The translations under genes were made by a program, and so were the position numbers. A stretch of 64,000 nt of DNA from Octopus vulgaris (taxonomy: Eukaryota), in contig OX597827.1 in the NCBI GenBank assembly GCA_951406725.2, positions 67,704,001 to 67,768,000 of the forward strand, in the 5' to 3' direction. Position 1 is the first letter of the stretch; every line of letters starts with the position of its first letter. The notes beneath the pieces were generated by a model. It made no database searches, was not told the origin of the DNA, and saw only the letters and a program-made list of their open reading frames with translations. Of the stretch, positions 56,681 through 64,000 are shown in pieces.

Positions 56681-57338
56681 ACTTCTGCCACAAAGCAGAG
56701 GATCCATGGTATAACCTACTATGGTGTGATAAACTTTCAGACCCGAATCCTCTGTACCCCAGGATGGTTCAGCTCTACACCCGTTAAAAGCCACCGTAGC
56801 TTTCGCGCCCGTGCAACCGCCAGTCTATCGCATGTGGTGGGTGGATCTTCAAGTTGCCTCACGCATTCTTAGTAGCTTAGAGTAGGCTCGAATTAGAGAT
56901 TATTCTTTGTGGCTTATGGAGTGAGTTCTGATTGGAAGAAGAAGAAGAAGAAGAAGAAGAAGAAGAAGAAGAAGAAGAAGAAGAAGAAGAAGAAGAAGAA
57001 GAAGAAAACAACATCATGAACAACATTAATTCCACAGAGAGAGATGAAGAGAGAGAGAGGAGAGAGAGAGTTGGCCCCTAGGTAGACCCTTTACTTGTTT
57101 GAATTGCTGCCACATCTTCCTCAAACCACTGTGAAATGTAGACTGGACTATGTAATCTTGTTCGCACAAGGTCAGCAGTTTTCGGGATTACATCCACCCA
57201 TGCACGTAACTGGTACTTTATTACATCGACCCTCGATAGTATGAACGGCAACGTTTACCTTATCAGGATTTGAACTGATGTCAAGAGTCGGATAAATACC
57301 ATTTAACACTCAGTCAAGTGGTTATTTTCTGAAGAGAA

Positions 57339-57648
57339 GGTGTGTAGCTTGGTGGTCAGGGTATTCGGTTTGCGATCGTAAGGTCGTGTGTTCAATTTTC
57401 GGCAACGCTTTGTGTCCTTGAGCAAGACGCTTTATCTCACGTTGCCCCAGAATCCACTCAGCTGGCAAAAATGAGTTGTACCTCCAATTCAAAGGGACCA
57501 GTCTTGTCACACTGAATCTTCCCGAGGACTAAGTTAAGGGTACTCGTGTCGGTGGAGTGCTCAGCCACTTTAAAGTTAAATTTCACGAGCAGGCTGTTCT
57601 GTTGATTGGATCTACTGGAACCCTCGACGTCGTAACCGACAGAGTGTC
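57339..57648 (+). mobile_element. SINE-C, full length, with a ~16-bp TSD
   Basis: ggttat[t/c]ttctgaaga at 57320-57335 and 57649-57664. Confidence 0.85.
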
Positions 57649-57695
57649 GGTTATCTTCTGAAGATCTTGCCAGTCACAAGGTCAATAATTATAGA

Positions 57696-58090
57696 CTTGA
57701 CTTGAGCAGCATTCACCCCGGGGTGGGTTGAGCTGGCTTCATTGATCCTCAATGCCGCATCTCTCAAAGGCCGACTAGGCCTGGCGATTTGAAGCTAACG
57801 ACCGCGTGATCTCCAACCACTCCCTATTCCAGTGGCGAACGCCGTAGATATGAGGGCCTAGGCTGGGTTCCAGATCAGCCTTGACTGTCATCAGGCAGGT
57901 TTTTCGTTGCCCACCACATCGCTTTCGCCAACCCTGAAGGGGGGGCTGGGGCAATTGCTTCGTAGAGAAATTCTCCTGGTTGACGACGGAGGGCATGACC
58001 CAGCCAACGCAGACGTCTCGTTAGGATGACTTGTCGGAGGGAGGTAATTTTGCGCTGGTATCGCACCGAATGGCGATCCCATCAACAATC
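57696..58090 (-). mobile_element. 5'-truncated RTE LINE with a perfect 14-bp TSD
   Basis: RRLRWLGHALRR / GWRKRCGGQRKTCLMTVKADLEP...WNREW. (CAAGT)n tail. tcaataattataga at 57682-57695 and 58091-58104. Confidence 0.9.
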
Positions 58091-58751
58091 TCAATAATTA
58101 TAGAGGAGGGGTCAGCCGATACGATCATCTTCAGGACTTGTCAGCTACGCTATTTAATCGACTTTGGAAAGAAGAAAAGCAAAGTTGAACTAAGCAGAAT
58201 TTGAGCTCAGATCGGCAAGTTCCGTATCTTGATACTGCGAAATATTTTGTATGATACGTTTAGGTTTCGACCAAGCTATTAAAATTATTTCTTACAAAAG
58301 CACATGGGTAAAAATTTGAAAGAAAATGGTAGGGGCCTGTAAGTTTTTTTAACTCCAGTACTTGGCTGTTCACATTATTTCATCGACTCAAGAAGGATGA
58401 GAGGTAAACGTTTAGCTCGGCGGGATTCGAACACAGAAGGTAAAGAGCCGGAACAAATTCCTCGAGGTATTTATTTTTTTCCGACACTCTAACTATTCTG
58501 CCAACAATAATATTATAAGAATAATACTAACAAGAACAACAACAACAACAACAATAATAATTGTTATTATTCTTGTAAGATCCGTCTCATTAAGAGATAC
58601 CTTTGCCAGCAAGAGAACATAACTTTTCGCTAGATGTCCGGGGGTGAACTATTTGCTCTGTTTTCATATGTATGTCAGTTTTGGAAGGAAGAAAGTTATG
58701 TTGCATTCATGTTTATTGGAATAGCTTACGTACACACGTACATGAAGTTCA

Positions 58752-58822
<71 letters not shown>

Positions 58823-58825
58823 ACA

Positions 58826-59086
58826 CAGGATGAGTGTTCAAAATGTCTCTCCGCAGTAAGAGGTATTTTATTGCAAAATAAATATTTATAAGACTACAAA
58901 AGAATATATTAGACTTCACAAGAATCTAAAAAGCTTTATAAGAGGTGGGTGGTGAAAGGGTCATCCTTCATTTTCAATACATAAACTGACTCTTCTACAC
59001 ATGTTTTGAAGTACATCTTGGAGAGTCTAACTCTGGGAGAGTCAGGGTGAAAAAATCTACCGCGGAGAGACTTTTTGAAAACCCTG
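58826..59086. mobile_element. Degenerate Tc1/mariner MITE
   Basis: Imperfect TIRs ttcaaaatgtctctccgcagta / taccgcggagagactttttgaa. Minus-strand relic RRVSLCIENEG. Confidence 0.6.
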
Positions 59087-59351
59087 TGCGTGTGTGTGTG
59101 TGTGTGTGTGCGTGCGCGTGTGTGCGCGTGTGTGTGTGTGTATTTTTAATGTGGTTTTAGAGTCATGTTTTGGCTGCTATTTCAAGCCTGGTGGTATCTC
59201 TTAGCTACCCTAAATTATAATTTTTACAATAATTATTACCTTTGAAGGTTTTTATTCCCATGCTGGCCACTTGATGAATTCGATATATAAATACTATTTC
59301 TTTTACATTATTTACTTTTGAGGGATATTTGTCCTCATCTTGTTTGTTGTT

Positions 59352-59397
59352 AACACAACGTTTCAGCTGATATACCCTCCAGCCTTCATCAGGTGTC
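59352..59397 (-). ncRNA. Canonical-core minimal hammerhead in a pLTR-like repeat (59300-59515)
   Basis: gacac CTGATGA a ggctg-gagggtatat-cagct GAAA cg TT gtgtt. Confidence 0.75.
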
Positions 59398-59794
59398 TTG
59401 AAGAAATTTCGAACCTGGGTTCTCAATATCCATCAAATGTAAATAATGTAAATAATGTCAAATGTAAATAATGTAAATAATGTACATAATTCCTCATCTC
59501 ATAAATATAGAACAGTATTATTCTTTTAACGACATTTATAAATAAGAGTTCTTATGGTTTTGTTTTTTGTATCGTTAATAATTTTCTTACATAGGAACAA
59601 GGGCTTAAATTTTGCGGGAGGACTCCGGCTAATTAAATGGGATTTTTTTTTATCGACTCCTGAAGGATGAAAGTAAAGCTGACTGCGGCAGGAATAAAAC
59701 ACACAACGTAAAAAGCCGAAAGAAACATTGCAATTCATTTTGTCCAAGGCTCTAATGCTTCAACCAATTTACCGACCACAATTTACCGTAAATA

Positions 59795-60017
59795 ATCTTT
59801 TCTACTCTAGGTACAAGGCCTGCAATTTTGAGGTAGCGGGGCCAGTCGATTAGATCGATGCCAGTGTGGTAAGTAGCTTGCTTACCAACCACATGGTTCC
59901 GGGTTCAGTCCCACTGCGTGGCGTCTTGGGCAAGTGTCTTCTGCTATAGCCCCGGGCCGACCAATGCCTTGTGAGTGGATTTGGTAGACGGAAACTGAAA
60001 GAAGCCTGTCGTATATA

Positions 60018-60080
<63 letters not shown>

Positions 60081-60711
60081 GTGTGTGTGTTTGTCCCCCT
60101 AGCATTGCTTGACAACCGATGCTGGTGTGTTTACGTCCCCGTCACTTAGCGGTTCGGCAAAAGAGACCGATAGAATAAGTACTGGGCTTACAAAGAATAA
60201 GTCCCGGGGTCGAGTTGCTCGACTAAAGGCGATGCTCCAGCATGACCGCAGTCAAATGACTGAAACAAGTAAAAGAGTAAAAGGGTAACTGGTACTTAAT
60301 TTATCGACCTCGAAAGGATGAAAAGCAAAGATGACGACGGCAGAATTTGAACTCAGAACGTAAAGACAGACGAAATACTGCTAGGCATTTCTTTTCTACT
60401 CTAGGCACCTGGCCCGAATTTTTTTAAGGCGGGGCCACTCGACATACCGCTAAGCATTTCGACCGGCGTGCTAACGTTTCTTATTTCTTTACTGCCCACA
60501 AGGGGCTACACAGAGGGGAGAAACAAGGACAGACAAAGGGATTAAGTCGATTACATCGACCCCCAGTGCGTAACTGGTACTTATTTAATCGACCCCGAAA
60601 GGATGAAAAGCAAAGTCGACTTCAGCAGGATTTGAACTCGGAACGTAGCGACAGACGAAATACTGCTAAGCATTTTGCCCGGCGTGCTAACGTTTCTGCC
60701 AGCTCGCCGCC
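59795..60711 (-). mobile_element. SINE-B cluster with a + strand SINE-A (59865-60284) nested inside one copy
   Basis: The SINE-B motif ccagtg|cgtaactggtac is split by SINE-A. A full SINE-B lies at 60482-60711. Confidence 0.85.
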
Positions 60712-61172
60712 TTACGTACATCGTAAATAATGAAACTTAAAACGATTTTTATAAACACTTTGTATTCCCTAGTGGACAGTTAATCTAAGCGAGATAATCT
60801 TTATTTTATATTAGGTGGAATTAGAAGTTTGTGAGTGAAGAATCTATAGTATTTAGTTTTTTTTTAATTCTTAGCTACGAAATTCAATGAAAATAAAGCT
60901 GTTTGTGAAGTTTTAATGGCTAATTTAATGAAAAGTTAATGGCATTCTTTAATGCCGCAATTTCAATACTGTTTACTGTTAAATTAAATCTTTCGACAAA
61001 TTCTTGATAATCTTAATGCGAAAGTTTTTCTGCAAAATTTCTTGCAGAGTCAAATATGCCATTTAAGTGTCAAGTAATGTATGTTGACCAAAGACCCTGT
61101 GTAGAATCGGTTTCCTCTAAACGCCAACTCATCGTTTGGTTAGCCAACACCGATTCGACTACGCATATATAA

Positions 61173-61216
<44 letters not shown>

Positions 61217-61486
61217 AAGGCATTTTTACAGAACGCATACATCATTAAGCAATTTAATTTACATTCAACCTAATGTATTGCATACACAATTTCATATATG
61301 CACACACATATATATGTGTGTATGTATGTATATATGAGTATATACCTATACAATGATATATATATATGACTCGCACACACACACATACATACTCATATAT
61401 ATGTACATCAGCGCAAATTCCGTAACAACTTTTAAAATACATTTTTGTGCGAATACACCAGCTCTTGCGGCAAATAAATGAAAGAA

Positions 61487-61512
61487 TTCTCTTCCTCTTC
61501 TTCTTCTTCTTC

Positions 61513-61566
<54 letters not shown>

Positions 61567-61612
61567 TTTTTCTTCTTCATCTTCTTCATCTTCCTCTTCT
61601 TCTTCATCTTCA

Positions 61613-61653
<41 letters not shown>

Positions 61654-62033
61654 ATCTTCATCTTCCTCTTCTTCTTCATCTTCATCTTCCTCTTCTTCTT
61701 CTTCTTCTTCTTCTTTTTCTTCTTCTTCATCTTCCTCTTCTTCTTCTTCTCCTTCCTCTTCTTCTTCTTCTTCTTCTTCTTTTTTTTCTTCTTCTTCTCC
61801 TCCCCCTCCTCCTTCTCCTACTTCTTTTTCTTCATCTTCTTCTTCTTCTTCTTCTTCTTCTTCATCTTCCTCTTCTTCTTCATCTGCTTCCTCTTCATCT
61901 TCTTCTTCTTTTTCTTCTTCTCTTCCCCTTCTCCTTCTTCTTCTTCTTCGTCGTCGTCGTCACCCCTTCATCATCATCGTCATCATCATCATCGTCATCA
62001 TCATCATCGTCGTCATCATCATCATCATCATCG

Positions 62034-62065
<32 letters not shown>

Positions 62066-62080
62066 GCCGTCATCATCGTT
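61487..62080. repeat. Compound (TTC)/(TTA)/(ATC) microsatellite, long polypyrimidine tract
   Basis: Directly visible. Confidence 0.95.
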
Positions 62081-62474
62081 ATTTCCATGCATATTTCTTC
62101 CCAGTATATATATTCTGGCAGAAATATGTCGTCTCATCGGGGGGTAGAGTCTTGAAGACATTCCTTCACAGTTTGGTATGATGTGATTAATGTTTTCTTC
62201 GGGATTTTGGCTCTACAAGAAAGACTTCAGACTACGCTTGCTCAGTAGTTTGGTGATTTTCCAGACTTCTTCAGCGATATCTATAGTTCCGTCGTAGTTC
62301 ACTTTGGTTGCCGTGCGTCGTATATAATATACTATAATATAATATAATACAATATAATATATGATAATATATAAGGATATGTAATAATATGTGTGTGGCA
62401 TACACAAACGTACGCATATGTTTATTCGTGTACGTATATGAGTGCGTGAATATTAGCATTCCTATCTACATGTA

Positions 62475-62537
<63 letters not shown>

Positions 62538-62579
62538 GTACATATATATATATATGTACATATATATATATAGGTATAC

Positions 62580-62637
<58 letters not shown>

Positions 62638-62725
62638 GAGAGTTCATGAAAAAAACAAAAGACGGAGACAGGTGGTGTACAAAAGAAACAGATGTATTAG
62701 TATAACGCTCAGGAATTGAAAAAGT

Positions 62726-62761
62726 CTTATACGTTTCGAGCCTACGCTCTTCTACAGAAAG
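62726..62761 (-). ncRNA. Third H1 hammerhead motif (CUGUAGA) in repeat 62635-62830
   Basis: cttt CTGTAGA a gagc-gtag-gctc GAAA cg TA taag. Confidence 0.6.
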
Positions 62762-62843
62762 GGACACATGAAAAATCAAGGAGAGAAACAAGGAGAGAAA
62801 AAAAAATGTGTGTAGTGGCTACCGATCTATCACGATATAATCT

Positions 62844-62920
<77 letters not shown>

Positions 62921-63057
62921 ATGTATGTATGTATGTATGTATGTATGTATGTATGTATGTATGTATGCATATGTATATGTATATATTTCAATACGAAGCT
63001 AATTGTTCACGAGATAAATAATTCACGAAAAAATAATTTGCGAAGATATAAAAATAA

Positions 63058-63272
63058 AAAAAAACTGGATCTCTTCCTGTCAGGTGTCCCAGATGAACCA
63101 ACTTCACGGCAGGAGGTGCAGATGAGGGCAGCTGCATCGAACTCTCTCATGCACCTAATGGCAATTGCTAAAAAGCATTCGTGAAGTAAAATTATGTAGT
63201 AACACCAAAGGGCGGTGCCCCAGCATGGCCGTAGCTCGTGAGCTGAAACTAGATAAAATAAAAATAAAAAAA
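63058..63272 (+). mobile_element. CR1/L2-group LINE 3' end
   Basis: KKLDLFLSGVPDEPT...RAAASNSLMHL...* resembles invertebrate CR1 ORF2 C-termini (FK..LD.FL..IPD.P...RAA.SNSL), followed by a short UTR and an A-rich tail. Confidence 0.7.
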
Positions 63273-63676
63273 ATACCATTGACTCTGTTACTATCTAGTG
63301 TGATAATTTTTAAATGATAGTGACAGAATCAATACTATAGGCGATTTCAGCCCCCACCACACGCACCCACACAAAAAAAAAACAGCATTAAATGGCTGAA
63401 GGATTAAAATTAATCAAAGGACATACTAAATATGTCCACCTGCTGGAAATAACAGTCAAAACTCTTACTTAAATCACCAAAATGCACTGATAATAAATGA
63501 CTACAGAAATCAACAGTCCGAAGGATATCATGCCAGTCCAGAAACCGGTCCACGTGAGTCGAAATACTTGAATGAATGCTGGGAGATTGTGTTAGCGCGT
63601 TTGCCTTTGGCCGGTTGATTTCTGCAGTTATTATCAGTGTACTTTGACGATTTAAATAAGAAAAAGAAATAGGCAA

Positions 63677-63802
63677 TCAGAATTTTGGATAATCCTTCAT
63701 TAGCGTTTTCGTTCTTATACGAACTCGTCAAGAAAAAATCAAAATCTTGACGAGTTCGTATAACGAACGGAAACGCTAATTAAGTTTACCCAACATTCTG
63801 AC
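63677..63802. repeat. Imperfect long hairpin (fold-back element)
   Basis: attagcgttttcgttcttatacgaactcgtcaaga / tcttgacgagttcgtataacgaacggaaacgctaat, extending outward imperfectly. Confidence 0.85.
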
Positions 63803-64000
63803 TGTATCTTTTTTCTCAATATATAATACCTGTACACCACTCAAACAATCTTTTTTTCTCTCTCTCTCTCCCTCTCTCTTTCTCTCTGTACATATTTATG
63901 TGTGTGTGTGCATATAAGTATGTATTCATATATGTGTATAAGTATATATGTATATACATACATACACACACACACACACACATATATATATGTATAGGAG

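Overview
AT-rich eukaryotic DNA saturated with microsatellites ((TA)n, (CA)n, (TATG)n, (GATA)n, (TAA)n). The tRNA-SINE families and repeat density suggest an octopus genome (inferred, not verified). I recognise no intact protein-coding gene, rRNA, genuine tRNA or CRISPR array, and almost all ORFs in the track are microsatellite artefacts. The non-simple sequence is a patchwork of four tRNA-headed SINE families (called A-D here), 3' fragments of RTE, R4/Dong-like and CR1-like LINEs, a decayed Penelope GIY-YIG gene, Tc1/mariner, Tc2-like and hAT MITEs, and Helitron/Helentron non-autonomous elements. The most striking signal is about ten minimal type I hammerhead-ribozyme motifs in Penelope-pLTR-like repeats. 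They include family-level non-canonical cores (CUGU[A/G]GA, CCGACGA), one copy with a compensatory G3-C8 swap (GUGAACA), and a 136-bp palindrome with a hammerhead on each strand. Other notable signals: a CR1-like LINE tail sharing a covarying hairpin with SINE-A, SINE-B concatemers with identical junctions at two loci, and two frame-compatible candidate small exons on the + strand. All coordinates were read by eye, so the ends of degenerate repeats are approximate.
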